Source of the DNA: Octopus sinensis | Lineage: Eukaryota | Direction: 5' to 3' | NCBI RefSeq assembly: GCF_006345805.1 | Contig: NC_043003.1 | Location: 77,314,001 to 77,378,000 of the forward strand | Length of the DNA: 64,000 nt | In this document: in pieces, positions 1 to 13,395 of the stretch | Numbering within the stretch: position 1 is the stretch's first letter | How the letters are laid out: every line of letters begins with the position of its first letter | Notes under the pieces: generated by a model | Databases searched by the model: none | What the model saw: the letters and a program-made list of their open reading frames with translations, nothing else | What the model was told of the DNA's origin: nothing | Program-made: the position numbers and the translations under genes

Positions 1-3000
1 ACATGCACACACTCTATACCAAACGAAAACATTTCCGTTAATTTTTGCATAAACAAGAACAAAAAAGCATCTTCGCTATTATTTTAAACAGTATATCTGA
101 ATATGCAACTTTTCCAGGATAAAGAAACAATATGAGTGAGACACTTTTCAAAAAAGGTGTCTCTCTCTGCCCAGCGACCACATAAGAGCGGGCAAAAAAA
201 ATGTCACTTAAAACTGATTTCAAATTTTTGGCACAATTTCGAGGGAGGAGATAAGTCAATTACATTAACCCCAGTATTCAGCTGGTACTCATTTTATCGA
301 CCCCGAAAGGATGAAAGGTAAAGTCGACCTCGGTGAAATTTGAACTCAGAACGTAACGGCAGACGAAATACTGCTAAGCATTTCGTCCGGCGTGCTAATG
401 ACTCTACCAGTTCGCCCCTTAAGATCTCCTAAAACTGAAAATTTTCAAAGTACTTCAAAAGAACAGCTGAAAAAAAACACTATCAGATGTGTGGGGTGGG
501 TTGGATCATCTCCTATGAACCAGATAAAACATATGGACTCGCCTAATTTGCTTACAGTTCACCCTTCTGAGTTCGATAAAATAATATACCATTCAAATAC
601 TGAGGTATATTTAATCGACTAACCTCCTCCACTACAAACTTACAAATATCAGGGCTTATATCATTGTTAGAAACAAAAGAGGTCAGTAACTGGTAAGATC
701 AGTAGAACGTCGCAATAAATGCCTTGCTTATTTATTCTGGATCTTTATGTTCTGAGCTCAAATACCCCGAGATCGACTTTGCCTTTATTTCTGTCTGGGT
801 CGATGAGATAAGTATCAGTTGAGAGAAATTGCTGGCCTTCTTTCTAAATAAGAAACTTGTTATTAGAGTGCTGGTCTAAGCCAGTGAGCTGATGGCATCG
901 TTAGCATGTCGGAAGAAGTGCCTTGAGGCGTTTTCCTCGGCTCTGAACTCAAAGTCTGCTGAGGTTAAATGTGCCTTTCTTACTTTCAGGCTCGATAAAA
1001 TAAAGTTCCCGCCAACTACTGAGATCTAGGATATCGATCAATACCCTCACTTCAAAACTGCTGACCTTGTATCTACATATTGGAGCTCCAGTTGAAAGAA
1101 TTAGTGATATTCATTAAGTCTTTTAGGTTCTGTGTTCTGCTTCCAACTTGCCATTTCATTCATCTATGATCAATGAAATAAATCATTCAAGTACTGGAAT
1201 AAGATGTTACACTTTTATCTTAGCCAAAAAGGCTGAGAAGCAATTGTTCAGTTCGAAGTTATTAATGCTTTCTGCCAACCGCTATCATTTCACAAGAAAT
1301 ATTTACTTTGCCTTCAATTTGATTTAACTCTTTAGCATTCAAGCCAAACATATCAGGCCCAAATAGTCTACCTGTTTTATGTTTAAACAGGCCATCTCTA
1401 TAATATCATTCTACAAATAAACAATCACATCATCAAAGTCTCAGAGCTACAATATAATACATGATTGATACAAAACAACGTGAATAAGCATTACATTTGA
1501 TAGGGTAATCCGAACGCTAAAGGACTAATTTGAATTGCTTACAGCATTAAGTGTACCAGATATTATTGGGTCATGAATGAGACATACCAACAGCAAGAAA
1601 TGAGCAGATTACAGAAAATAATCCTATTTACTGAACTCATTTTCGTAAGTTTGTATTTAAAGATATCATTTTACGAACTCTCAAAATTAAAATACCAAAA
1701 ATACAGATCTTTTATCTCATTTCGATCATTGGATTGCAGCCATTCTGGGGCACCGCTTTGAAGGGCCTAGTTGAATAAATCGACCCCTGCGTACTTATTT
1801 TATCGTTTTCTTTTTGCCGAACCGCTAGTTTACAGAGACATAGACAAACCAACACCAGTTGTCAAACGATGATGAAGAACAAGCACAAAGATACACAAAT
1901 ATGTTGTTCCAGATCGACAAAAGCCTTGTGGATGGACTTGGTAAGCAGAAACTAAAAGAATTCTATCGTGTGAGTTTGTGTATACGACAAGATTCTTTCA
2001 GTTTCTTTCTGCCAAGTCCACTCATAAGGTATTGGTTGAACCGGAACAATAGTAGAAGACACGCAGTAGAACTGAACCCAGAACTTTGTGGCTGGAAACC
2101 AAACTTCTTGCCACACACCCAGAGTTATTTCTATTACAAAATGGTAAAGCATAACAGAATACAAGGATTCAAAGATACTGAACTGTTTATGGTAAAGTAA
2201 ATTGTTTATAATGACTCTGTTGGTTTTTCCCAAGAGCATAAACTGTACAAGAGCATTGAAATTAATTGAGGAGTACCACAATCTGATGAAGACAGATTGC
2301 TTACGTTGAGCAAGAGATATCATCACTGAGATTGATCCGAAGAGATAACTGGTACTTACTCTATAGATCTCGAGGAGATTTCAACTCAGAACATAGAACG
2401 GTGTAACTAAACGCCACAAGGTATTTTGCCTGATACTCTACCGATTCTACCAATTTACCGTTCTATTCAAACGTATATTGAAACCGTATCATTGTACGTG
2501 GTTATGTGGCAACCACTTTTGATATACAAGGTTGATTATAAATGTAAGTAATTGTGTATTGTGGAGATAATTTCTGAGGCAGTGAAATGGCAGAATCGTT
2601 ACTTCCGCAGCGGCCCGGTGTGCGATAGTCGGATCGTAAAACTATTTAAAGTTTGATCATTTTTACCCCTCGGGGTCAATAAATCGACTTACCCCCGCCC
2701 CCGAAATTACTAACCTTGTACCAAAATTTCAAACCATTATTCTTTTTATTAGTAATAAGGCAGCGAGTTGGCAGAACCGTTAGCACCCCGGGCCAAATAT
2801 AAGCGACATTCCATTCGTCTTCACGTTTTGAGTTCAAATCCCGATGAAGTCGACTTCGCTTTTAACCTTTTGGGGTCGATAAAAATGTACTAGTCAAGCA
2901 CCAGAGTGGCGGGGTTGATGTAACCGATTTACCTCATCCCTCGAAATTGCTGGCCTTGTGTCAAAATTTGAAACTTTTATGAGAATACTTTCTATAACCA

Positions 3001-3515
3001 TATTTATTATACCAGGTGTAACAATATTTGACGTTTATGCATCAGGTGGATCCATAACTCAGTTAGCGCACCCGTCTATTGTTTGGAGGCTGAATGTTTG
3101 AATCTCGATAGATCCTAGTGATTCATTTTACGCCTCTTTTATAAGGTTAGATGTGTATTTTCGCGATTTTTACTGTGAGATTAAATAAGACGTTATATTT
3201 TTAATTAGGAAACCAATTAAAGCGGTTTCAATAAACAGCTTTGTTTGCGGTAGCATGTTGTTGTCAAGAGACAATCAGGTGCAGCATTGTTGCCTACCTG
3301 CAGCAACACGCAATTGAAATTAAATTAAACGTAGTTGAAAGTAAATATATAAAATAAGATGTTACTTCCTAGAAGACTGGTTCTATAGCTCTATTAATAA
3401 GAATAGCAATCAGTGAATTTAGGAAAAGATTTCTAGAGTCTTCGGAGTCTTTAGTGTGCGCGTGCGTAGGTGTGTGTGTGTGTGTGTGTGAAATTAGAAC
3501 ATAGTAACTCCAGAG

Positions 3516-3781
3516 ATTAGTGGATGCGCGTGGCTTAGTGGTTAGGGTGTCAGTATCATGATCGTAAGATTGCGGTTTCGATTCCTGGACCGGGCGACGC
3601 GTTGTGTTCTTGAGCAAAACACTTCATTTAACGTTGCTCCAATCCACTCAGCTGGCAAAAATGAGTAACGCTGCGATGGACTGGCGTCCCATCCAGCTGG
3701 GGAACACATATGTCATTGAAACCGGGAAACCGGGCCCATGAGCCTGGCTAGGTTTTAAAAGGGCGCATTTATTTATTTATT
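3516..3781 (+). mobile_element. tRNA-derived SINE (family C head)
   Basis: A/B boxes, cttgagcaa..cactt central domain, (ATTT)n tail; 11-bp TSD TAACTCCAGAG at 3505-3515 and 3782-3792. Confidence 0.85.
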
Positions 3782-4299
3782 TAACTCCAGAGTTTAAGTG
3801 CTTTAAACATGTTCATCATACGTTTACCCACTTAGAAATAAAATAATGTTTTCTTATAGTGACACAAAGCCTCACAGGTTTTGGTAGAAGGATTTACGCG
3901 ATGAAATTAACTGTAGTGTATAACGAGTATTGATCGACCTTAGAAGAGTATAATGCAAATTGAATACTGCGGAACTTGAACTCAGAAGGTAAAGAGAAAT
4001 TTTTTAAAATTGCTTTACGTCAACAATTGTTTCTTTATGTGTATCACATGAAGCAGTTCTTCTTAACAACAATAGTTGATAGGTAAGTTAAATGCCACTG
4101 ATAAATATTAAGAAACGCAAAATCTATTCGCACACTCCCGTCTAATAATTAACAGTTGTTGAGGATCTTTTCTATTTGGTTTCACGTTTTGAAATTTTGA
4201 AATTAAGTAATAATTTTCAAATTTGGTATATTGATGTAATTTTTCATGCTGAAACTAATGTTCTTATTCCCCATTTCCAGAAAAAAAATACTTTTAAAA

Positions 4300-4645
4300 T
4301 GTTCATCCTTGTCAGGTGTCGCACTATGCGATGCTGTGGTCATCACGATGTATTGCCACCTTCTCCTGTCCTCTACCCCATGGACAGCTAAGAATAAAGA
4401 CAATCCTGTGGTTGCGATGTCTTTCAGCCAAGAAGTGGGTGGTCTGCCTCTTTTACGTCTGCCGTTTACCTTGCCAGTTATGATGTTTCGCCGAAGTGTC
4501 ATCTCGCAACTGAGCTTTTCTAGTACCCAGCTGTTCGTCCTTCTCTCCGTCCATGATACTCTAAGGATTCTGCGGTAACACCACATTTCAAAAGCGCTCA
4601 CTCTTTTCTCATCTACCTTCAACATTGTCCACGACTCGCAGTCGT
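4300..4645 (-). mobile_element. RTE-clade LINE 3' fragment with an internal deletion
   Basis: AFEMWCYRRILRVSWTERRTN and GRRKRGRPPTSW motifs; the usual LRYFGH segment is missing. Confidence 0.82.
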
Positions 4646-6503
4646 ACGTCGCAAAGACTCATCTGTAAAAACGTTACAGCTATTTGAAGTTTGATCATTT
4701 TTACCCAATCAGAAAACAGGATTTGGAAGCTGGCATTTTGTGCATGATGACATTACGACAAAACATTCAGCGATGGAATTTTAAAAAGTTTTAATAAATA
4801 AAGTCATGTGAAATGTTGGGATTGGCATGTAATGCGAAAAATTATCAAAAACTGAAAAAATTGAAACTGAACGTTCTGGCAGAATCGTTAGCACGCTGAA
4901 CAACAAAACAAAAAAAAAATGCTGTAATTCAATTCATGTAACGATCGAACTGTAAGAAAAGGCAGCCAAATTTTCTCCAAAATATCACCCTAACGTCATA
5001 AAATGAGGAAGGGCATACTAAATTATGGTAGCCCTAAATAACTCTAAAATTGTGGGCGTTCGGCATTAGATTAGAATACTCCTTTTGATCATAGGTCTGC
5101 CCGATCAACTGCATCCTCTTCGGTTTTCATAAACGAAAGGTTACACGTATGAGTAGCAGGTAGGTAAGTAGAATACATAACGGCTTGGCTTGTTACTTTA
5201 GAAAAAGGCACTTATGTGTCCGTGGTTTTTTTGATCGGATAAAATTACCTAAAATTTGCAAACTTTAAAACCTATTAACTTTTATTTATTAATGTAAGGT
5301 AAAAATGAATTCCATTTCCATAATTAGCATACAAAGCCACATCAATACACCAAATTTGAAATCAATTGGGACAAAATTGAAGGAATTGAAAACCTGAAAG
5401 CCAAACAGAAAAATTTGTGTGACTTATCCATGGATTTTATATGATTTTATATGTTTATTAAGCATTTTCTATATGAATACCGTTCGATGAATTGTACCTG
5501 TAATTCCAGTCTTTTCACATTATGTCGCTGCCTCAGAAATACATTACAGTATGTGAGTTTGTAGTATGCAAAGCCTCTTTCACCTTAATTTAATAACGAC
5601 GATCCATTAAGAACACTTTATATAATTTTCATTTACAAATATATTCATAAACAAGATGAGTAGATATTTTTGTTTTAGTCGCAACAGACAATTAGTTTGT
5701 GGTATTTCTTCCAGCCCCCTCCCCTTCCTCAAAAATTCAGGGCTTGTGACACTATTAGAAAGAATTATTGTCATTAAGGCGGCAAGTTTCTAGAATCGTT
5801 AGCAGATCGGACAAAATGCTTAGCGATCTTCCGTTCGTCTTTACGTCGAAGTCGACTCTGCCGTTCATCTTTTTGGGGACGATAAAATAAGTATTAGCTG
5901 AGCACTTAAGTCGATGTAATCAACTTGCCTCCTCCCACAAGATTTCTAGCCTTATGCCTTTAGTAGAAAGGATTATTAAGACGGTGAGCTTGTAGAATTG
6001 TTGGCAAGCCAGACAAAATTCTTTGCAGCATTTCTCCCGGCTTTAAGTTTTCAATTCAAATGCTACAGAGATCGACTTTGCCTTCATCCTCCCAAAGTCG
6101 AAAAAAATAAGTATCGGGTGAGTACTGAGGTGTCCCAAAATTTCAAGCCTTGTGCCTATAGGAGAAAGAAAGAATTATTATCATCATTATTTAAAAGTAT
6201 AAGTACGGTTTATTGCAGAAACGCCAGCGCTTTGTGATATTTGTTTCAGAACTGAGTTCAAATACCACTAAGATCGTTTACCTTTTGTTCTTCTGGGGTT
6301 TGAAAAAATGAAATATTAGTCATGTACTAGTATCAGTTTAATCAGTTAATTCTTCCCCACCCACCGAAATTTGTGGTCTTGTGTCTATGTTAGAAATTAT
6401 TATAATTCCATAACTAGGCGTGGTTGGGTGGTAAGAGGTGTGCTTTCCAACCACATAGTTTTGCTTTCAGTTCCACTAGATGCTACTTTGGGCAAATGTC
6501 TTC

Positions 6504-6953
6504 AATGGATCTTTTCTGTTAGGCTGCCACTTTTCAATTTCTTCAATTTCTGTTCCAATTGATTTCATATTTGGTGTAATTATGTAGTCTTGTATGCTAA
6601 TCATTGACATGAAATTTATTTTTGCTATAAATCAATAAATAAAGAGTTTAATATCTTTTAAATTTTGCAAATTTGGAGTAATTTTACACAATCGTAAGCC
6701 ACAAATACATTCATATTAAAACACGTGCTATTTTCAGTATGCTGACAACTCATGCAGTTACGCACAAAATGACAGCTTCCAAATCCTGTTTTTTTTTTTT
6801 GATTGGGTAAAAATGATCAAACTTTAAGCCTCAATAACTTTGTGAATTATTTCCTGAGATTCAGCATGGAAAATTACATCAATACACCAAATTTTAAAAT
6901 TTTCACTAAACTTTAAAATTTCCACAGGTGCTGCCAAACAGAAAAGATCCGTT
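6504..6953. mobile_element. MITE (450 bp) with long imperfect TIRs, inserted in a SINE
   Basis: Ends AA(T/C)GGATCTTTTCTGTT; removing it and one TTC restores the SINE motif gtcttctact; 3-bp TSD TTC at 6501-6503 and 6954-6956. Confidence 0.75.
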
Positions 6954-7839
6954 TTCTACTGTAGCCCCGGCCCAACCAAAGCATTGTGAATGGATTTGGT
7001 AGACGGAAAGTGAAAGTAACCCGTCGCATATATACCGCTTGATTAACCGATGTCGATTTGTTTACATCCTCGTAACGTTAGCGGTTCGGCAAAAGAGACC
7101 GGTAGAATGTGTACTAGACTTCAAAAAAAAATTAGAGCTCTAGTCGATCTGTTCGACTAAACCCTTCAAGACGGTGCCCCAGCATGGCCACACTCCAATG
7201 ACTGAAACTAACGAAAGCATAAGAGATATATGAGTGTGTGCGCACGTGTTTGAGAAGGTGCCACTTCCACACACACACACACACATACACCTACACACAC
7301 ACTGGCATTAGAGAATCACTCAAACCGTCTTATTCCATTATTGCACTTTTTTTTTCTTTTCGCCCTCGTAATAACTACAGCTCCCAATCTCTCTTTCTCT
7401 CTCTCTTTCTTTCCCTCTTCTCTCTAAAATATTCCTAATAGCTAATAATCCAATGAACAATGTTAAACAAACATTCTTCTCGTTGTCTTCATCCACTTCT
7501 AACTTAATCTGTCATTAAAAAAAAATGAAAGACAATTTAAAAGAAATACTATAATACAGTAATAATAATATATTATTATGTCTTTTACTGTAGTTTTTTA
7601 ATAAATATTTAGAACATGTTAACCCCCTTTGTTTGAACAATTGCTAACTCTTTTTCCTATAACGCATTAACCACTTTACAGTATTATAAAATTATTTTGC
7701 ATCACTTCTTTTATTTTTTGTGCTATAGTGATTACATTCTTTTTTGTTTTTCTTTTCGTCTTTTTAATCGTATTTTTCAGTGTCTAAATATTTCTGAATA
7801 TTTCTTTGTATACACGAGGTAGATTATGCAAAGCAACGT

Positions 7840-8109
7840 ATGAATACATACATGCATGTGTGTGTGTGTGTGTGTGTATGAATGTATATATGTATATATG
7901 TATGAATGTATATATGTATATACATATGTATGTATATATGTATATACATATGTATGTATATATGTATGCATGTATATATGATATGTATGTAAAGGAACAT
8001 GAATGTGTGTGTGTAGAAGTGTGTGAATATATGCACATATATGCATGTAGCAAGTACTATGTATATATGTATGTATCTATGTATGTATGTTTGCATGTAT
8101 GTATAGAAC

Positions 8110-8159
<50 letters not shown>

Positions 8160-8230
8160 CGTTTGAATGAATATATATATATACATATACTACACATATC
8201 ATTTATATACATATGTATACATATATAGAT
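7840..8230. repeat. Compound (TG)/(TA)/(TATG) microsatellite
   Basis: Visible directly; source of several spurious ORFs. Confidence 0.92.
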
Positions 8231-9549
8231 TGTTAACGTAAATACATACTCGTAAATACACAGAATATTTGTAATAAAATTTAAATGCTAACAGAAATAT
8301 TGGAAGACGGAAATTTACATACTTCTCTCAAAGGCTCACTGACATCCAAATATGTTCTCATTCAATGTAAACCTTTACACACACACACAGATGCATACCT
8401 TGAAACATTGATAAAAGACACGTATACGAGCTCATATTGTCACACACGCCCACATCTACCGCACTAGCATTCTCGTAAACATTACACAAACACATTCTCA
8501 CTCTTTTAGAAAGCAATAGCTTAATAAAACATTTTATCTGTAACGGATGAAAAAAAAGAAAATCAAAAACCTCGACAATACAAAAGCAACAACAATTACA
8601 GCATCAGCAACAGCAACAACAACAACAACAACTTCAAGAAGAACGTGAAATATGTTGAAGAATGTGCTTGAGTTAAAGAGTGTTTTGTGCCAAAGAAGGT
8701 TGCTGCCAAACTGCCAGAAATCAAAGAGGATTAAAACATTTAATGGATGATTCTGCGATGATTTTATGAACAAACGACATATTGCAGAGATTCCCTAAAA
8801 AGGTCTTACTGACCGACCGACCAACCAACCAACCAACCAACCAGCCGATCATCAAATAATCGGAACACATGACTTTCACGGGTAACAACTGGGTGTGATT
8901 GGCTCTTTGTGCGCGCGTGTGTGTGTGTGCTGTTCTGTTTCATGAATGTGTAGTAGTAGTAGTGGTGGTAGTGGTAGTGGTGCTACTGTTGCTGCTGATG
9001 TTGATGATGATGATTGTTCGATTGCTTCCAAGCATGTTGCAACAATAACCATCTCGTCTTTTTTGTTCAAACACATTATACATCGAGGACTAATACAATC
9101 GATTGACAGAATAATTTAGAGCGCTCGGCACATGATTTTCGGTGCTTATTCCGGTTCCCATGTTCGGAGATGGAGTCCCGCTGTGGGGTCAACTTTGTAT
9201 TCTATTCTTCAGTGATTGATTAAATATAGAACCTGTCAAGTACTAAAATCGACTGTCCGCTCCCCATTTCTCTATCCCTCTATACTTCTCTCTCTATCCC
9301 TCCCTCCTTCCCATTCTCTATCGCCATGTACCGATCTATCTATCTATCCGTTGTGGAAAAGTTGTGGGGCACAACATACAGTAAACTTTCTACTCTAAGA
9401 CAACCACTTCCACTCTATCAGGGTGGAAAAATGACATCGACGGGGCTCTGGCGAAAAGGGATTATGATGATGATAATGATGATATTAATGATGATGTTGA
9501 TGATGATGGTGGTATTGGTGGTGGTGGTGGTGAGAGTAGTGCAAGCCAT

Positions 9550-10110
9550 CAAGGTGACACGGGTAAAACATACGAAGCCCATGACTACCCGTCTGGTCCA
9601 CCGTAACTACCCGTCTGATAAGGGTACACGAGGCACATGCATCACAATCATATGTGCGCGATATGGTGATTTCAGATCAAGATAAACAGCGCGTACCCTT
9701 GCAGGTGGGGCCCAGTTAGAGTTTTCTTTAGGTCGAGAAGCCCATCCTGCTCAAAAGATCCTTGAATAAGGTTTGTTTGAAGATGATGAACGAAACACCC
9801 ATGTTTCCAAATGTGAATTATCCAAACTTCTAAGAATTCCTTTCAACACACGGCTATGATGCTCCTCCACTACCTCTACTCGTGATAAGAGATGCTCATA
9901 TCGTCAGCTAACAAGAGACATGCTCAACTAGCTATGGTCAAACAACTGACAAGCAAATCTGTGGCATTGAGGAAAATATTTGTTATTTCTCATCTTTTAT
10001 ACCAAGACAAAACATGTACATGATAACGCTTCCAATCAATTAAGATCAGAAGCCATGAGAGTCAGTGCCTGGTACTGTATTAGGGCACTATTATTTTTTC
10101 ATTGTTGTTG
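9550..10110. repeat. Unclassified interspersed-repeat-like segment
   Basis: Complex GC-richer block that resembles an octopus repeat from memory; no second copy in the window; boundaries approximate. Confidence 0.35.
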
Positions 10111-10904
10111 TTGTTGATATTTTGTCTTTATCACAGGTTTTGTAGGAGCTCCTGGAGTCTTGCATGCGTAGCGGGCTTACTACCTGCATCCTATGGTACC
10201 ATGCTATTCGTTCTTTTCAGCTAATACTTTCCTGATTATGATCATTAAAGTACGACGACCTTCACAATAACCAGCCTTCAATTTGATTTTCTGTTCCTAG
10301 GTTAATTGGAAACATAGATTGACGTGCTACTCATAAACCTTCTCGGTAGTTCAATTATTTGGTGAAAAAATACCACCAAAGCAAATTAAACCGTCCAAAG
10401 GACGGGTGCGTTTGCTAATTAAATATAGAATATACATAGTATCTAAGGGAATATATAGCTATTTCGTGTAGCTGCTGTTATACTACACTTCGTTAATGAC
10501 TTGTCAGTGAATAGTTTATATTTAAATAAAATTTCAGTATTGTCTTCTCTGCCCGCGTATCACATGTGATACAAAGGACATATTTACTCGGAGTCTAAGT
10601 ATCATATATGACACACATTGGCAATTTTTTTCAACCATTAGTGCATCTTAAGACTTACAAAAAGAGAGCATTATTTTATTCAAGAGATACTTAAATGAAA
10701 ATAAGCATGGACGTTTAGGACAAAATGCTTTGAACAGGGAAACAGTTAATGATTTTTTTCTCATGAAAGGTATAATTTTAGTTAGCAGGCTTCACAAATG
10801 TGCGAGCCCATTTTACTTTTCATATAACGAAAGATCTTATTTATCTTCACAGTTTATTATATGATAATGAAAATTGATAATTGGAGAGGAAAAAAACTAG
10901 GTTG

Positions 10905-10978
10905 AGGCTCCAGAGAGATTCGAACACTCGACCTCCAGTTTACTAGACTGGCGCTCTAACCAACTGAGCTATGGAGCC
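10905..10978 (-). tRNA. tRNA-Thr (anticodon AGT)
   Basis: Reverse complement GGCTCCATAGCTCAGTTGGTTAGAGCGCCAGTCT-AGT-AAACTGGAGGTCGAGTGTTCGAATCTCTCTGGAGCCT folds as a cloverleaf with A and B boxes (one T:T mismatch in the T-stem); T7 terminator 8 nt downstream. Confidence 0.93.
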
Positions 10979-11258
10979 GCATACCACTTAGTCACATATT
11001 TAGACTTTATAAAGATTAAATGTTTATCCCTAACAATCTGAAAATGGCTTCAATAATTTTCATTATAATACGTGATTATTTCCTTCGTATCGACAAACGC
11101 AAAACTTTCTTGACAAGTTTGTATTTAGAAATATAACCATTTACGATTTCTATCAATTAAAAGAGGGAAAATTCGTAATTAAACACAGAAGAGATATTAT
11201 TTCAGTACGGAGGTGACATAACTTTAGTGAAATTATTAAAAGTATAACAAAAATAATA

Positions 11259-11332
11259 AGGCTCCAGAGAGATTCGAACACTCGACCTCCAGTTTACTAG
11301 ACTGGCGCTCTAACCAACTGAGCTATGGAGCC
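11259..11332 (-). tRNA. tRNA-Thr (anticodon AGT), second identical copy
   Basis: 74/74 identical to 10905-10978; T5 terminator downstream. Confidence 0.93.
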
Positions 11333-11701
11333 ACTTGCGCCAGCAGCTCCATACTTAAAGATAAAATAATCGGTTTGCACTTAACACAATAGATATGGCT
11401 TTAGAAAGTATCTTCACAATACATGATTAGTCATAATAATGAATACTGTACCATGAGAGACGATCACACATCAGCATATAATGATACAGTTTATACGGCT
11501 GAATAGGACGCTAAATCGGTGGAGTCTGTAGAGCATCAAACAAAATCCCTTGTGGTAGTTAGTTACACTACTTTATGTTCCGAGTTGAAATTTCACCGCG
11601 GTTTATAAAATAAATATCAGTCAGCTACTTTGATCGATCTCAGTGACGATGTCTCTTGCTGATATATGTGACCTTCAGTCTGTATCAGATCAAACTGTGA
11701 A

Positions 11702-12440
11702 GGTACGTGGCTTAATGGTTAGAAGTATTCGGTTCATAATCGCATGGTCGTGAGTTCGATTCTTGGTTGCGCATTGCGTTCTTGAGCAAGACACTCTATT
11801 TCACGTCGTTCCAGTCCAATCAGCTAGCAGAGATGAGTACTTCCTGTATTTGTCACATTCTGTGTCACGCTGAATCTCCCTGAGAACTACGTTAAAGGTA
11901 TGCGTGTTAGTAAGGTGGCGAGCTGGCAGAAACGTTAGCACGTCGGGCGAAATGCTTAGCAGTATTTCGTCTGCCGTTACGCTCTGAGTTCAAATTCCGC
12001 CGAAGTCGACTTTGCCTTTCATCCTTTCGGGGTCGATTAAATAAGTACCAGTTACGCACTGGGGTCGATATACTCGACTTAATCCGTTTGTTTGTCCTTG
12101 TTTGTCCACTCTGTGTTTAGCCCCTTGTGGGTAGTAAAGAAATAGGTATTTCGTCTGCAATTACGTTCTGAGTTCAAATTCCGCCGAGGTCGACTTTGCC
12201 TTTCATCCTTTCGGGGTCGATTAAATAAGTACCAGTTACGCACTGAGGTCGATATAATCGACTTAATCCGTTTGTCTGTCCTTGTTTGTCACCTCTGTGT
12301 GTAGCCCCTTGTGGGTAGTAAAGAAATAGGTATGCGTGTTAGTGGAGTGCTCAGCCACTTGCACGTTAGATTCAAGGTGCAGGCTGTTCTGTTGATCGGA
12401 TCAACTGGAACCCTCCTCATAGTAATCGATGGAGTGCCAC
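11702..12440 (+). mobile_element. Family C SINE interrupted by a family B SINE dimer
   Basis: Collinear with the reverse complement of 18944-19264 once 11912-12343 is removed. Confidence 0.78.
11912..12327 (+). mobile_element. tRNA-derived SINE family B (Deu/Nin-domain-like), dimeric
   Basis: tggcagaaacgttagc head; gcctttcatcctttcggggtcgat core resembling the Deu-domain as I recall it; 184-bp unit twice; 16-bp TSD AGGTATGCGTGTTAGT. Other copies near 240-410(-), 2755-2975, 5775-6175, 15789-16090 and 17590-17975. Confidence 0.8.
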
Positions 12441-12787
12441 CTATCAGATCAACTAATTTACTCCTCAAATAAGTTAATACTCTTACACCGTTGTATACTC
12501 TTGTGAAGAACTAACTACGTTGTCACTGATTATTTACCCCATTCTAAACACTGGGCCTTTGTGTCTAGTCAAAAGCAAACCAAATCTTGATTGAATACGA
12601 AATATTGATCACTTATTTTGTAAATATTTCTGAAATATTTCCTTTTTGGCGTGACTGTGTGATAAGAAGCTTACTTCCCAACTACATGGGTCTGGGTTCG
12701 GTTCCACTGCGAGGCACCTTGGGTAAGTATCTTCTACTATTGCGTCAGACCTACCAAAGCCTTGTGAGTGAATCTGGTGGACGGAAA

Positions 12788-12819
<32 letters not shown>

Positions 12820-13276
12820 TGTGATTGTGTTTGTCTCTCACTGTCGCTTGACAACCGGTGCTGGCTTGTTTACGTCGCTGTAACTTAGCGGTTCCGCATA
12901 AGAGACCGATGGCGTAAAATCTCAGGCTTACAAAAAAAGTACTGGCGTCGATTTGTTCGACTTTACCCTTCGATGCGGTGCCCTAGCATGGCTGCAGCTC
13001 AGCCTCTGAAACAAGTAAAAGATAAGAGATGACCCAGACTTCACTAGGGGACTGAAGCTGGAGATAGTACCCCCAACTTACATTGAACAAATTACTTCCT
13101 GAATGTCAAAAGAATCTTTGAGTCTCGCCATGCTGTTGACAATCAGTTAATTTGTGCTTAGAGAAAGAATGCACCCACTAAAATACCTAAGTCCAGGTAA
13201 TTAACTCTTAGGAGACGAGAGGGACGATCCATCAGTCGAAAAGTCGAATGACGAAGACTGTACGCCATATACCCAC

Positions 13277-13345
13277 GTGCATATGGCATAGTGGTTAAAA
13301 GCGCGGACTACTAACCCCAAGATTCCGAGTTCGATTCCAGCCAGT
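13277..13345 (+). promoter_or_regulatory. tRNA-like type 2 Pol III promoter
   Basis: A-box TGGCATAGTGG at 13284-13294 and B-box GTTCGATTC at 13329-13337; the cloverleaf stems do not pair, so this is not a tRNA gene. Confidence 0.7.
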
Positions 13346-13347
13346 GA

Positions 13348-13395
<48 letters not shown>

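Noticed and set aside
2279-2299. CTGATGA as a possible hammerhead core
   Set aside because: It sits in a simple hairpin CAATCTG/CAGATTG with no downstream GAAA or stems I and III.
7777-8228. ORFs of 89-140 aa on both strands
   Set aside because: Translations of (TA)/(TG) microsatellites (HTHT, YIYI, VCVC); the same applies at 19870-20307, 27011-28348 and 40871-41140.
9610-9640. CTGATAAG as a hammerhead variant
   Set aside because: No GAAA or closing stems.
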